Below the pieces are notes generated by a model. It saw only the letters and a list, made by a program, of their open reading frames with translations, ran no database searches and had not been told where the DNA came from. A stretch of 54,865 nt of DNA, filler included, from Candidatus Woesearchaeota archaeon (GTDB lineage Archaea > Nanobdellota > Nanobdellia > Woesearchaeales > BM511): the NCBI GenBank assembly GCA_023266675.1. It is 4 parts of 4 records of this genome, joined end to end, with 100 filler letters (N's around TTAATTAATTAA, not from the genome) between each part and the next. Parts side by side here need not be neighbours in the genome. Positions count along the whole stretch, not along the records: positions 34,362 to 50,921 come from JAHFPP010000027.1; 3 more parts are not named here. The stretch is one strand, 5' to 3'. Below are positions 39,995 to 49,311 of this stretch, piece by piece. The position numbers and the translations under genes are program-made. The number at the start of each line of letters is the position of its first letter. Positions within the stretch are counted from its first letter, which is position 1.

Positions 39995-40485
39995 TTTTTT
40001 GTTTTTTTAAATGTTTATAATTAATTTACAATACAAAGATATATTCAAAATGTATTCCAAGAATTACAGAATTATTAAAATTAATTACATAATTCACATA
40101 TTAGATAGCCGATTTTCCAATAAAACAGGGAGATTCAGAGATTTGCAGAATAATTCTGGAAAATATAAATAAAGAATAAAGTATAGAATTGAGAGATAAA
40201 AATGTGTGGAAATTGATTCGCATTATCGTGGAGATGAGATAGTTATAAATTTAGTACCATAGCAAAGTGTGTGTATTTTTACTCAATTTTTGATAGTTAA
40301 ACGTATGGAATTATAAATCCAGTCTAAGTTGTACGCCTAGTGCAGATTTTTTATAGCTTTGCTTTGGTGAGTTGCATATTCCAGCATACATAACTAAAAG
40401 GGCAGTAACATCTCTTTCGGATGGTCTGCCCTTGTATCCACAGTGCATTGCTTTGTGTTTCCTTGTGTTTGGATGTCCCATGTTT

Positions 40486-40767
40486 TTAATCTACAAATTT
40501 ACCTTTACCGTGTTTCCCAGCTAATATTTCATTGTGAATTTTCATCGTCATTACAAAAATATCTGATTCAGGATAGTCTCCAGTAAAATAAGGACAAATT
40601 TTTTCAAGAAATACTTTTGATTCTAAGCGACTGCAGAACTTATGTCTTGTGCCACTTTTGATAATATATATCTGATTTTCACGAAAGAATTTAAAGCTGG
40701 TTGAATATTCAACGTTCTTATTGATTCTAAACCATTCTTTTTTCGGTGCTTCTGTTAATGTTTCCAT
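40486..40767 (-). CDS. Phage hypothetical protein (probably leaderless)
   Basis: ATG lies 5 nt after the motif core. Confidence 0.75.
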   Translation of the reverse strand: METLTEAPKKEWFRINKNVEYSTSFKFFRENQIYIIKSGTRHKFCSRLESKVFLEKICPYFTGDYPESDIFVMTMKIHNEILAGKHGKGKFVD

Positions 40768-40808
40768 AATATTATAGGTCAAGGTTATTAAAAAAAAGAA
40801 AGGGAGAA

Positions 40809-41321
40809 TTAAACTTTCCTCCCTTTAACTAATCTCATTCTACTTTTTAGTCGATTTAGCTTTCGTGCCTTAACCAATAGACAAGCATCTCCATTGGCTG
40901 CTGAATATGTTTTACCTGCATATTGCAATTTACCTTTACCTCCAAACCAACTAACTGCTTCAAGGGAGAGCGAGCCTGAATTATCATTGCCAAAGGCTAA
41001 TAACCTATTTGCTCCGTTTTCAAAACTAACAATCAATTGATTTGTCGAAATCATTGTATCTAATATACAGGGAGTGCCACGCTTTATGAAAACTGTTTCA
41101 CTATTCTTTTCATCTAAAAGAAAAATCTTTCCTTCTTTAACGGTAACATTACTTTCATCTTGGACTTTAGATAGAACAATATCCTTTGAACTGTAAAGTT
41201 GAATTTGTCTCAGGGAACTTTCCGAGAAGTTGTATTTCTTAATTATTTCAGTTGTAAGTGCTGTCTTCCGAGCGCATGATGTGAGTAACAGGGAGAGGAA
41301 TATGATTTTAATTAATTTCAT
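40809..41321 (-). CDS. Putative lipoprotein
   Basis: LLLTSC lipobox. Confidence 0.75.
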   Translation of the reverse strand: MKLIKIIFLSLLLTSCARKTALTTEIIKKYNFSESSLRQIQLYSSKDIVLSKVQDESNVTVKEGKIFLLDEKNSETVFIKRGTPCILDTMISTNQLIVSFENGANRLLAFGNDNSGSLSLEAVSWFGGKGKLQYAGKTYSAANGDACLLVKARKLNRLKSRMRLVKGRKV

Positions 41322-41601
41322 TGGCTGCTTTTTGTATTTTTGTGTAAATGACTACTGAGAGTGCTGCTGCAAATATTCCTACAATTCCACCAATAAACCT
41401 ATGTGTTTGTTCTTTGGTATAAGAATTTTTCTTTGTTGAGGTGATTCCATAATTTTCAAGTCCTGTCTTTGGCTCAGACTTCTTCCAGTTATCTTGTGCC
41501 TCTGTCGATGGTTTATAAGCCCCGAATTGTTCTTTTTTGCTTTGTGCATAGGAAAGTGTCATCAGGGCTAATAAAACGATTGTGAGCGTTAATTTTTTCA
41601 T
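41308..41601 (-). CDS. Secreted or membrane hypothetical protein
   Basis: Signal peptide ending SYA-Q and a C-terminal TM. Confidence 0.7.
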   Translation of the reverse strand: MKKLTLTIVLLALMTLSYAQSKKEQFGAYKPSTEAQDNWKKSEPKTGLENYGITSTKKNSYTKEQTHRFIGGIVGIFAAALSVVIYTKIQKAANEIN

Positions 41602-41801
41602 TTCTTTTCTTTGATTTTATAATCAGGTGTTAATTCAATATTGTTTTGTTTTAGAATATTAAACAAAAGTTGTCTTGCATCAGCTACGCCTAAAGATAAA
41701 AATCCGTCTTTTAATGTATCTAATAGTAAAACATTGGTATCAATATCCTTGATTAGCTTTACTACTACCTTTAAAGCTTTTTCTTTTTGTGTCTGTGCCA
41801 T
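41598..41801 (-). CDS. Phage hypothetical protein
   Basis: 67-aa ORF with ATGA overlap. Confidence 0.7.
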   Translation of the reverse strand: MAQTQKEKALKVVVKLIKDIDTNVLLLDTLKDGFLSLGVADARQLLFNILKQNNIELTPDYKIKEKK

Positions 41802-41806
41802 TTTGT

Positions 41807-42211
41807 TTATAAATTATTCATCATTTTATAAGTTTCCTCGTCAATCTCATCAGTAGAATCAACACTTCTTGCATCTTCGCCATCAATTTTTTTTTGTTCT
41901 ACGGCTAATGCAATTATGTCTTCTTCTTCTAATTCAACATCTGATTCAACTGCTACGGAGAAACCGTTTTTTCGACTATAAAATACGTGTGCTTCATAAA
42001 AGAATTTTACAGTTTTTGTTTCTTGTCCGCATACAAGACAATTGTGATTTTGAGAAGGAGAAATTGTTTCACAAGCATTGCAGCGTTCCCAAGCTAATTT
42101 TAATTTTTTAAATTTACTGTCAGAAAAAGAATTGATATGTTCAAATACTGCTGCTTGTCCTGAGTCTTCGTAAAGGTCTTTGCAAGTTTCATTAAGTGTT
42201 TTTTTTGACAT
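41807..42211 (-). CDS. Phage hypothetical protein with a zinc-ribbon-like CxxC..CxxC
   Basis: CNAC...CLVC. Downstream of a motif copy. Confidence 0.75.
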   Translation of the reverse strand: MSKKTLNETCKDLYEDSGQAAVFEHINSFSDSKFKKLKLAWERCNACETISPSQNHNCLVCGQETKTVKFFYEAHVFYSRKNGFSVAVESDVELEEEDIIALAVEQKKIDGEDARSVDSTDEIDEETYKMMNNL

Positions 42212-42252
42212 GATGTTTTTTTATTTGTTTATATTATTATAGGTCAAGGTTT

Positions 42253-42519
42253 TTATAAAAAAGAATCGGCAATTTCACAAAGTTGTTCTAAGGTCAAACA
42301 AGAATGGTTATAAGAATATCCATTATTATCAATCAATATTTTACTGGTTATTTCAGTTAAATAACGTCCACCTTCTAAATTAAACATTTGGTCATCTTGA
42401 ATTTTTAAAACCAAATCGGTTATATGTTCGCTTTCAACGCCTTTTTTCTTAATTAATTTTTCAATCTTAACAGCAACTTCTTTTTCAAGTTCTTGATATT
42501 TTTGTGTTTTTGTTTTCAT
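42253..42519 (-). CDS. Phage hypothetical protein
   Basis: The 3' end overlaps the next motif copy. Confidence 0.75.
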   Translation of the reverse strand: MKTKTQKYQELEKEVAVKIEKLIKKKGVESEHITDLVLKIQDDQMFNLEGGRYLTEITSKILIDNNGYSYNHSCLTLEQLCEIADSFL

Positions 42520-42539
42520 TTTATTTCAGATTAAAATAA

Positions 42540-42863
42540 TTAAATTAATTTTTGTCCCATACGTTCCCATTCAATAGAATCATCTAATGTTTGTTCTGAA
42601 ATAATTTCAGCTATAACCATATTGCTATCATCTCCATATTGTTCTCTGAGGTCTTCAAGTGAATTGTAATATCCACTTACATAATCACGAATGTTTTTTT
42701 CAGTATAATCTGCAAAATCAATTTCTTGCATTACATTTGCATGACGTTCATATACTTCAAAATTCAAGTCAGAACATTTTTTCACCCATTGTTCTGTTGC
42801 TTTGCTGCCATCGGTACAGATAAAACCTGCCTCTTTTAATGACTTTATTGACATTCTTTTCAT
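42540..42863 (-). CDS. Phage hypothetical protein (probably leaderless)
   Basis: ATG lies 5 nt after the motif core. Confidence 0.75.
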   Translation of the reverse strand: MKRMSIKSLKEAGFICTDGSKATEQWVKKCSDLNFEVYERHANVMQEIDFADYTEKNIRDYVSGYYNSLEDLREQYGDDSNMVIAEIISEQTLDDSIEWERMGQKLI

Positions 42864-42897
42864 AATATTATAGGTCAAGATTAATAAAAAAAAGAAA

Positions 42898-43155
42898 TTA
42901 TGGTTGATATTCAAAACCTTCAAAGTCTTCAACATATTTAGAAACTATTGCGTGAATATTTTCTTTTGTATCAGAACAATTGTTGGATAACTTTTGAATT
43001 AAAGTTCCATAAGCAGAACATCCATTGTTATATAGTTCAACAGCATAATGATTTGCAGCAGTCTTTTTATTGTCTCTATAATATTTCACTTCAGGAAAAT
43101 ACTTTGCATCCAATTCTTTATTTACTTTATTGAAGAAGTCATTTACAAGTTTCAT
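42898..43155 (-). CDS. Phage hypothetical protein
   Basis: Flanked by motif copies. Confidence 0.78.
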   Translation of the reverse strand: MKLVNDFFNKVNKELDAKYFPEVKYYRDNKKTAANHYAVELYNNGCSAYGTLIQKLSNNCSDTKENIHAIVSKYVEDFEGFEYQP

Positions 43156-43211
43156 GTTGTTTGTTTTGATATATTATTATAGGTCAGAGAAAAGATAAAA
43201 AAGAAAATATT

Positions 43212-43340
43212 TTATTCCCACATTCCTGGGAAGCGTGGTGTTTCTTTTTTAGAATTTTTATACCTGTGATATAGCGATACTATTATTAGATAGACTACAC
43301 ATAAGCCTAAACAAATTAAAAAAAGAAATAGCATATTCAT
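43212..43340 (-). CDS. Small single-TM phage protein
   Basis: MNMLFLFLICLGL... flanked by motif copies. Confidence 0.65.
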   Translation of the reverse strand: MNMLFLFLICLGLCVVYLIIVSLYHRYKNSKKETPRFPGMWE

Positions 43341-43419
43341 GTCTTTTGTTTTTGATATATTATTATAGGTCAGATAAAACAAAAAAAAGAAAGGGAGACT
43401 TTCGCCTCCCCTTCGTTTA

Positions 43420-43713
43420 TCAATATAGCCATGTTTCATTTAAAATAACTTCTTCTTGATGGTCTTCATCCAGTCCGCAGATTATTACATCAACTTTAAT
43501 TTCAATTGGATTGATAGAAATAACGTGCGGATAAATTATTTTAACTTCACAATCAAAATGACTTTGTAAGGCTTCAACCAATTTTGGTTCTAAAGCACAT
43601 TTTATTCTATTTTTATTATTTGCTTCTTTTAATTTATAGTTAATTTCTCCTAAGTCGATAACTCCGATGTTTGATTCGCCTTTAATCTGAATGTTTACAA
43701 ATTTACCTTCCAT
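43420..43713 (-). CDS. Phage hypothetical protein
   Basis: 97-aa ORF followed by a GGGAGGC-GAAA-GTCTCCC terminator. Confidence 0.75.
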   Translation of the reverse strand: MEGKFVNIQIKGESNIGVIDLGEINYKLKEANNKNRIKCALEPKLVEALQSHFDCEVKIIYPHVISINPIEIKVDVIICGLDEDHQEEVILNETWLY

Positions 43714-43751
43714 AATGTTTTTTTATTTATTTAATTAATTCAAGAATTGAG

Positions 43752-43964
43752 TTATAGATATTTAGTATCACAATGGTCTTCGATAAATTCTTCAACTTCT
43801 TCAGGTGTCATTTCATCATCAAAATGAACACCTATAAGTTCATCAATTAATTCATCATTTACTTTAACTTCTACACCATCAGCAAGGTTTGTTCCATCAG
43901 TATCAATCATTGCATCTCTTAATGTAACTGTTCCGAATTTTGTTTCTACTGTTAATTCTGCCAT
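43752..43964 (-). CDS. Phage hypothetical protein (acidic)
   Basis: Downstream of a motif copy. Confidence 0.75.
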   Translation of the reverse strand: MAELTVETKFGTVTLRDAMIDTDGTNLADGVEVKVNDELIDELIGVHFDDEMTPEEVEEFIEDHCDTKYL

Positions 43965-44018
43965 GTTATTTGTTTTTTATTTATAGGTCAAAGTTATTAA
44001 AAAAAAGAAAGGGAGACT

Positions 44019-44363
44019 TTATAAACTTTTTGCCAATTTTAGCAAATCTCTTTTCCAATCTTTAAAATCTTTTAAGCCCTGAGTAATCGTAAAGGCAGCT
44101 CTATAATCTTTCATTTCACGGTGCAACTCAATTTCTTCATCAATATCAATGCTATTGACACGCTCCAAAAACAATTCTTTAAAATCTTTTTCGTTTTTCG
44201 GGTCTTTATCAGTATCTCTGAAATCAACAAATACAATTTGATTAACACCGCCATTGGTGTATGTATTTAATTCATATCCACAAAGTTTTTTTCCTTCTTT
44301 GTACTCATCAATTGAGATATTAATTAAGTTTGATGCTGCGATTTTATCAAATATTTTTTTCAT
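44019..44363 (-). CDS. Phage hypothetical protein
   Basis: Start MKKIFDK lies downstream of a motif copy. Confidence 0.78.
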   Translation of the reverse strand: MKKIFDKIAASNLINISIDEYKEGKKLCGYELNTYTNGGVNQIVFVDFRDTDKDPKNEKDFKELFLERVNSIDIDEEIELHREMKDYRAAFTITQGLKDFKDWKRDLLKLAKSL

Positions 44364-44412
44364 GTTGTTTGTTTTATTATTATAGGTCAGTGAGAATAGA
44401 AAAAAGAAAGAA

Positions 44413-44604
44413 TTATTTTTTGCCAGGGAAAGGTGCATATTCAACTTTCCACTTTCCTTTTACCCAAGTAACTTTTCCACCTCTTTCGTGTATTATTTTT
44501 GAAATAGCAACAATTGTTTCTGCTTTATCGAGTTTTTCTTCAAGTGTAACAGTTGGAATTTTCTCAACTGAATTTATTAACTTGTTATAGAATTTGAGTG
44601 TCAT
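44413..44604 (-). CDS. Phage hypothetical protein
   Basis: Flanked by motif copies. Confidence 0.72.
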   Translation of the reverse strand: MTLKFYNKLINSVEKIPTVTLEEKLDKAETIVAISKIIHERGGKVTWVKGKWKVEYAPFPGKK

Positions 44605-44654
44605 AGTTTTTTATTTATATAGGTCAAGCAAAAAGAAAAAAAGAAAGGGAGACT

Positions 44655-45398
44655 TTACGCTGCTGTTCGTATTGCAAAATTACTTTCAAATGCAATCTTA
44701 TTGTTTGCGCCTTTATTGGTAACAATCTTATATTTAAGCCCAACAATAACACCTTTCGGGTCAAGATGGCGTAAATCATTCAGGTCGCCATTAATTACCT
44801 TGTATCCATTAAATTTTTTTGGCAATTTATCAAATACGACTGCAACATTAATTCCTTTTTTGATTAGTTCCATAGCAATTGCCTCATTGGTTTCAGAACG
44901 GCTGAATATCAATCTGTAATTTTTAGGCAATTCTTTATTGAATCTAAGATAGTTTTTTGTGTAGTCATAAAATTGAACAGATGGAAACAACTCAAATATT
45001 GTTTTATTATCTACAATCTTAAAGGACTCCCAAGAAATATCGCTTGTTCCATTCAATCGGATTGTTACCTTTGTTCCTTCAAGTCTATGTTTTAATTCAA
45101 TTTGAGCAATCTCAATATAAAGCATATTTAAGAACTTTGTTCTATCTGAAAGAAAAAACTCAGTTTTATTTGTTCTGCCTTTTTGGATATTGGTCATTGA
45201 GCCGTGTCCTGACATAAATAAACAGGCTGCAGCACATCCCGCACTTGCTTTTGGACAAATACTTTTTCCAGTTGAGTTTTGTCTATGTGGAGACATATAT
45301 AAAATATATGTTTTCCAGCCCAGTTTTTCACCTTTGATTGTCTTTGCGTTATTGGTGGTCAGTAAAGACGTTGGTATGTAATAGCTTTTTGGTTTCAT
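44655..45398 (-). CDS. Gp88-like phage protein (radical-SAM-like Cys motif)
   Basis: CPKASAGCAAAC, RLNGTSDI.WE, FYDYTK and GD..DLR.LDP.GVIVGLK. ATG lies 5 nt after the motif core. Confidence 0.75.
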   Translation of the reverse strand: MKPKSYYIPTSLLTTNNAKTIKGEKLGWKTYILYMSPHRQNSTGKSICPKASAGCAAACLFMSGHGSMTNIQKGRTNKTEFFLSDRTKFLNMLYIEIAQIELKHRLEGTKVTIRLNGTSDISWESFKIVDNKTIFELFPSVQFYDYTKNYLRFNKELPKNYRLIFSRSETNEAIAMELIKKGINVAVVFDKLPKKFNGYKVINGDLNDLRHLDPKGVIVGLKYKIVTNKGANNKIAFESNFAIRTAA

Positions 45399-45636
45399 AT
45401 TATTATAGGTCAGGTAAAAGAAAAAAAAGAAAATGCAAGTAATTACTCCACGTTTACTCCCAATCAAAATATAAGGCAGGAGTGGATTACCTCTCGGAGC
45501 CTGTTTCACTTTCCGTGCTTATATCCTTATAGGTCAGAGAAAAGAAAAAAAAGAAAGGATTGAGTTTGGCCCAAAAAGAATGAGGACCGCTCCTTTTGGA
45601 AACGGCCCTCTATTGCTACCCCTAACAATAATATCT

Positions 45637-45894
45637 TTATTTTGTGTGAATGTATGCTGAACTTTTATCTTCTAGGTAACGGTCAACATTTTGATATAGA
45701 ATTTCACAATCATTAACTTGTTCTAGCTTAGCCATAAGTAAATCATCATATTTATTCATTTCGTCAATACCAATGGAATAATCTCCATTTTTGAAGTATG
45801 TGCCTGAATCAAATACTTTTAGTTCATCTTTCTCGATTCTAGAATCAAAGAAGGCATCAAGCATTTTCTTTTGTTTAAGTGTTAGTTGTCTCAT
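45637..45894 (-). CDS. Phage hypothetical protein
   Basis: Downstream of a motif copy. Confidence 0.75.
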   Translation of the reverse strand: MRQLTLKQKKMLDAFFDSRIEKDELKVFDSGTYFKNGDYSIGIDEMNKYDDLLMAKLEQVNDCEILYQNVDRYLEDKSSAYIHTK

Positions 45895-45935
45895 ATTGTT
45901 TTGTTATTATAGGTCAAGGAAAATAAAAAAAAGAA

Positions 45936-46190
45936 TTAAAGTCCTGCAAGTTTTTTGGCCCTTTCGATAGCCAATTCTTTTGTTGTTTCACTTGTTGATA
46001 GATTATTGCCTTGAATAGCAAATTTGTGGCTTGTCATATATTCAGAAGTAACATTATCTAAATTCAGTTGTTCTCTTTCTTTTGAGCCTTTAGGAAAGTT
46101 TTTTGCCTCAAATGTTCTTTTATAAACGGAAAATGTACCGTTTGTTTGTCCAGAAGTTGTTGCTTTAAATGTCGCAATTGGTCTATTCAT
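45936..46190 (-). CDS. Phage hypothetical protein
   Basis: Flanked by motif copies. Confidence 0.75.
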   Translation of the reverse strand: MNRPIATFKATTSGQTNGTFSVYKRTFEAKNFPKGSKEREQLNLDNVTSEYMTSHKFAIQGNNLSTSETTKELAIERAKKLAGL

Positions 46191-46234
46191 TTGTTTTTAT
46201 TATTATAGGTCAAGCAAAAGAAAAAAAAGAAACT

Positions 46235-46417
46235 CTAAACCCTGCTTTCTAAAACTTTAATAAGTTCTTCTAATACAAATTGGGTTTTATAAGGCATTGT
46301 AGATTCAATTTTAACAGCTTCTTTATTTATTTTGCTGCAAACCTCACTTGCTAATTTATTTACCAATCCTTCAAATTCAGGATATTTCTGCAATGATGTT
46401 CGGTTATCTTTAGCCAT
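46235..46417 (-). CDS. Phage hypothetical protein
   Basis: Start MAKDNR follows an A-rich leader. The longer upstream extension overlaps the ncRNA candidate. Confidence 0.65.
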   Translation of the reverse strand: MAKDNRTSLQKYPEFEGLVNKLASEVCSKINKEAVKIESTMPYKTQFVLEELIKVLESRV

Positions 46418-46448
46418 TTTGTTTGAGTTTAAAGTGAAAATTATTTGT

Positions 46449-46648
46449 GGGCTGTGAGTGGCACGACCACCCGACCTATAAACCCTTCCCAACCACTTCA
46501 AGGAGCTGAACTTCCTCCTATGCCTCATTGGTATCGTTTTACGCATCTAAGGCTTAAAACATAATAGCACTTGAAGTTACCTTGATACCCTGTTCAGATA
46601 AGTTTTAACACCTATGAGCATCTGCCTTATAATTAACCTTAACAGTCC
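46449..46648 (-). ncRNA. Candidate multiply pseudoknotted ncRNA (about 200 nt)
   Basis: At least six complementary 6-9 nt segment pairs, in a region richer in GC than its surroundings. Confidence 0.55.
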
Positions 46649-46664
46649 TTGTATTTATTATAAG

Positions 46665-46841
46665 CTAAAAAGAAATATTATTTGATTTCAATACTTCCAT
46701 TAATTCCTCGCAGTCCATAACACACCAGTCTTTCCCATCAAACCAAGCAAGGTCTAAATCAACCAATTCGTTTTTCAACTGTTCAGTTACTTCAATAGTA
46801 CGCTGTGTAGGTTCGGAATCTACTAAAAATAATTTTATCAT
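46665..46841 (-). CDS. Small phage hypothetical protein (58 aa)
   Basis: MIKLFLVDSEPTQ...NNISF*, with an A-rich leader. Confidence 0.6.
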   Translation of the reverse strand: MIKLFLVDSEPTQRTIEVTEQLKNELVDLDLAWFDGKDWCVMDCEELMEVLKSNNISF

Positions 46842-46865
46842 TTTGTTTTTATATTAAAGTAAAAA

Positions 46866-47099
46866 TTAATCTTGTTTTTCTCCATCTATATATACAGTAT
46901 CTTCATCTGCATTTGTAAAGTCTTTAATGATTGTCCCATCGGGAAGTTCAATAAATTCTTCATCCACATAGTACAAATCTTCATCATCAACATCCACAGA
47001 TTCAATGTTTGATACTGTTTTTGTTTCTATGTCAAAGTCGCAGCTTGTTTTAAAAATGCTATCTCCGTTATCCCAACTACTTACAAATGTTGCTTTCAT
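46866..47099 (-). CDS. Phage hypothetical protein (very acidic)
   Basis: Downstream of a motif copy. Confidence 0.75.
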   Translation of the reverse strand: MKATFVSSWDNGDSIFKTSCDFDIETKTVSNIESVDVDDEDLYYVDEEFIELPDGTIIKDFTNADEDTVYIDGEKQD

Positions 47100-47142
47100 G
47101 TTTTTGTTTTTTATTATAGGTCAAGGAATTTAAAAAAAAGAA

Positions 47143-47445
47143 TTAAACTTCGTCTGCATCAACAATTTCATATTTTTTACTTTCAATTTTCTTTGATATA
47201 GAAGAACCTTTAAACATATAATCAAGGTCATCTTTGTCCATATCATTTATAGGATAGCCATCAGAAGTGCCTCTACTTATAACTTTTAATTCGCCATCAA
47301 CTTTTACAAAACCATATATTTTGTCACTTCCATATATTTTGTCACTTCCATCAAGTCCGCCAGTACAAAGAAAAGTATCTTGTCCTAAGTCTAATCCTTG
47401 TCCTTCAGGAAGGAATGATAGCATTTTTATTAATTTCTTTTTCAT
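47143..47445 (-). CDS. Phage hypothetical protein
   Basis: Start MKKKLIK lies downstream of a motif copy. Internal tandem GSDKIY repeat. Confidence 0.75.
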   Translation of the reverse strand: MKKKLIKMLSFLPEGQGLDLGQDTFLCTGGLDGSDKIYGSDKIYGFVKVDGELKVISRGTSDGYPINDMDKDDLDYMFKGSSISKKIESKKYEIVDADEV

Positions 47446-47491
47446 GTGTTTTTGTTTTTTATTATAGGTCAAAGAAAAGGAAAAAAAGAAT

Positions 47492-47869
47492 TTATTTAAA
47501 AAGTTCATCAAATTGTTTCTTGGAATAGACACTTCCTGTTTTATACTCAGCATCTTTTTCTGAAAATTCAAGGTTGCCAGCTTCATCAAGTGCCAAACGC
47601 TCTGCTTCTGCTCTATTTGATGCCTCAACTGTAATTTCTTTTGAAGACCAAGATGTACGAGTTACAGATACAATGAATTTTTCTTTTTCAACATATTCTA
47701 TTTGGCTAGGAGTTACAGCAAATCCAAATACTATGTTATAAAGAGGATGGGCAGTTAATCTATAACGACCATTACCAATACAATGCTCTTCAATTAAAAC
47801 TATTTCTCCTTTTTTAAGAGATTGTCCAAACTTATAGTTCTTGCCTTTTTTTATAATTGCTTTTCTCAT
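47492..47869 (-). CDS. Phage hypothetical protein, C-terminus DpnD/PcfM-like
   Basis: F.VSVTRT.....ITVEA.N..EAE..A pattern. Confidence 0.6.
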   Translation of the reverse strand: MRKAIIKKGKNYKFGQSLKKGEIVLIEEHCIGNGRYRLTAHPLYNIVFGFAVTPSQIEYVEKEKFIVSVTRTSWSSKEITVEASNRAEAERLALDEAGNLEFSEKDAEYKTGSVYSKKQFDELFK

Positions 47870-47948
47870 TGTAGTTATTTGTTTTTGTTTATATTATTAT
47901 AGGTCAAAGAAAAGAAAAAAAAGAAAGGGAGACTTTACTCCCAATCCT

Positions 47949-48359
47949 TTATTCAATTCCAATATATTCACAGGCTGCTTTAACAGTAAAGCTATATTCA
48001 ACATTTTCCCACATTGTAATACCATCAACATAATCCGCTGTTTGGTCGGGCTGTTCTTTTAAGGCTTTACGTAATATTTTAACTTGCATTGAAATTTCTT
48101 CATCATTGCTGCCTGACAATATTTGCCCTGCTTTACGAATGATTAACTTTTCCGTATTTTCTTCTATCTGTGCAGGGAGCGATTGAACTGTACACCAACG
48201 GTGCATAAATTCTCTTTTTTCTCCATCAAACCACACACGCAGAATTAATCCACCATGTAAAAAATTCATTTCAGCTTTCCAATCTTTACCATTGGTAACT
48301 TTTTCCATTTCGGACTTGTAGAACGCTTTTGCTTCTTTAAGAAATTTTGAATTTGTCAT
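47949..48359 (-). CDS. Phage hypothetical protein
   Basis: Flanked by motif copies, with a terminator downstream. Confidence 0.78.
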   Translation of the reverse strand: MTNSKFLKEAKAFYKSEMEKVTNGKDWKAEMNFLHGGLILRVWFDGEKREFMHRWCTVQSLPAQIEENTEKLIIRKAGQILSGSNDEEISMQVKILRKALKEQPDQTADYVDGITMWENVEYSFTVKAACEYIGIE

Positions 48360-48417
48360 TTTTTATTTATTTAGGGGTTTATATGTTATTATAGGTCAAA
48401 GAAAAAGAAAAAAAGAA

Positions 48418-48552
48418 TTAACATCCTGCCATAACATCAACAATTTGATTGTCAAGATTTTTGAGCCATTGCTCGTATGTTAATGGCACTGAATATGCAG
48501 ATGCAGTTTCAACATATAGTTTATAGGCTGCAATATGACAAGTTTTTTCCAT
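48418..48552 (-). CDS. Small phage hypothetical protein (44 aa)
   Basis: TAATG coupling to the upstream ORF. Confidence 0.55.
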   Translation of the reverse strand: MEKTCHIAAYKLYVETASAYSVPLTYEQWLKNLDNQIVDVMAGC

Positions 48553-48839
48553 TATTCGTATAGAGTTGCATAATTAACTTGAAGAAAAATTATATCTTCA
48601 ATATCTTCATAGCTGATACCTGCAATTTTTATAACTTCATCTTTAAGACCACGATATTTTTTTGTAACCTCATAGATTCCATAATTCGCAGAAGCAGAAA
48701 CGCACTTCAGGTCTTTAACCTTAATTTCCATAAGTTTTTCAATTGCAGTTTTAACCTTTTCATCTGCAAAATTTTCTACAACCATTGCTTTGCTTGAACT
48801 GTGCAAGTTTGTAATTAGTACTAAGTTTTTTGTTTTCAT
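48552..48839 (-). CDS. Phage hypothetical protein (probably leaderless)
   Basis: ATG lies 5 nt after the motif core. Confidence 0.75.
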   Translation of the reverse strand: MKTKNLVLITNLHSSSKAMVVENFADEKVKTAIEKLMEIKVKDLKCVSASANYGIYEVTKKYRGLKDEVIKIAGISYEDIEDIIFLQVNYATLYE

Positions 48840-48872
48840 ATTATTATAGGTCAAGGAAAATAAAAAAAAGAA

Positions 48873-49265
48873 TTAGAAGTGGTGTCCGCATTTAAAACAT
48901 ACTTCGTAACCTGAACGTTGACGTACATCAGTATATCCACACGAAGGGCATTTCTGTTCAGGCTCAAAGGAAATAATAACTGGATTGTCGATAATTGCTT
49001 TGCTGATTTTTTTTGAAAATAAATCTGTAATATAATCTTGAACTCTATCATGTTCAATATCTCCATTCAATGAATTAAGTAATGTTTCAAGTCCAACATA
49101 ATCTTGTTTAACGAGTTCTATCTTGCCTCTTACACTTTCAGCTTGTTTTTGCTGAGTTTTTGTCCAACCAATAGAATCGGTGAAGTTTGCAGGATTATGG
49201 TCGAACTCTTCAAGTTCATCATCCAATAAAGCTGCACCTGAAAGATAATTTTTGGAGTAATTCAT
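48873..49265 (-). CDS. Phage protein with a C-terminal zinc ribbon
   Basis: CPSCG...CFKCG. Confidence 0.78.
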   Translation of the reverse strand: MNYSKNYLSGAALLDDELEEFDHNPANFTDSIGWTKTQQKQAESVRGKIELVKQDYVGLETLLNSLNGDIEHDRVQDYITDLFSKKISKAIIDNPVIISFEPEQKCPSCGYTDVRQRSGYEVCFKCGHHF

Positions 49266-49311
49266 TTTGTTTGTTTTTTATTATAGGTCAAGGAAAATAA
49301 AAAAAAGAAAC

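Noticed and set aside
40312..40482. Possible 56-aa ORF or structured RNA (MGHPNTRKHK...)
   Set aside because: It contains a terminator-like AAGGGCAG/CTGCCCTT hairpin. I cannot decide between a coding sequence and a terminator, so it is not called.
46655..46680. Degenerate 30th motif copy (TAGCTTATAAT)
   Set aside because: The core differs at several invariant positions and the T-tract spacing is wrong.
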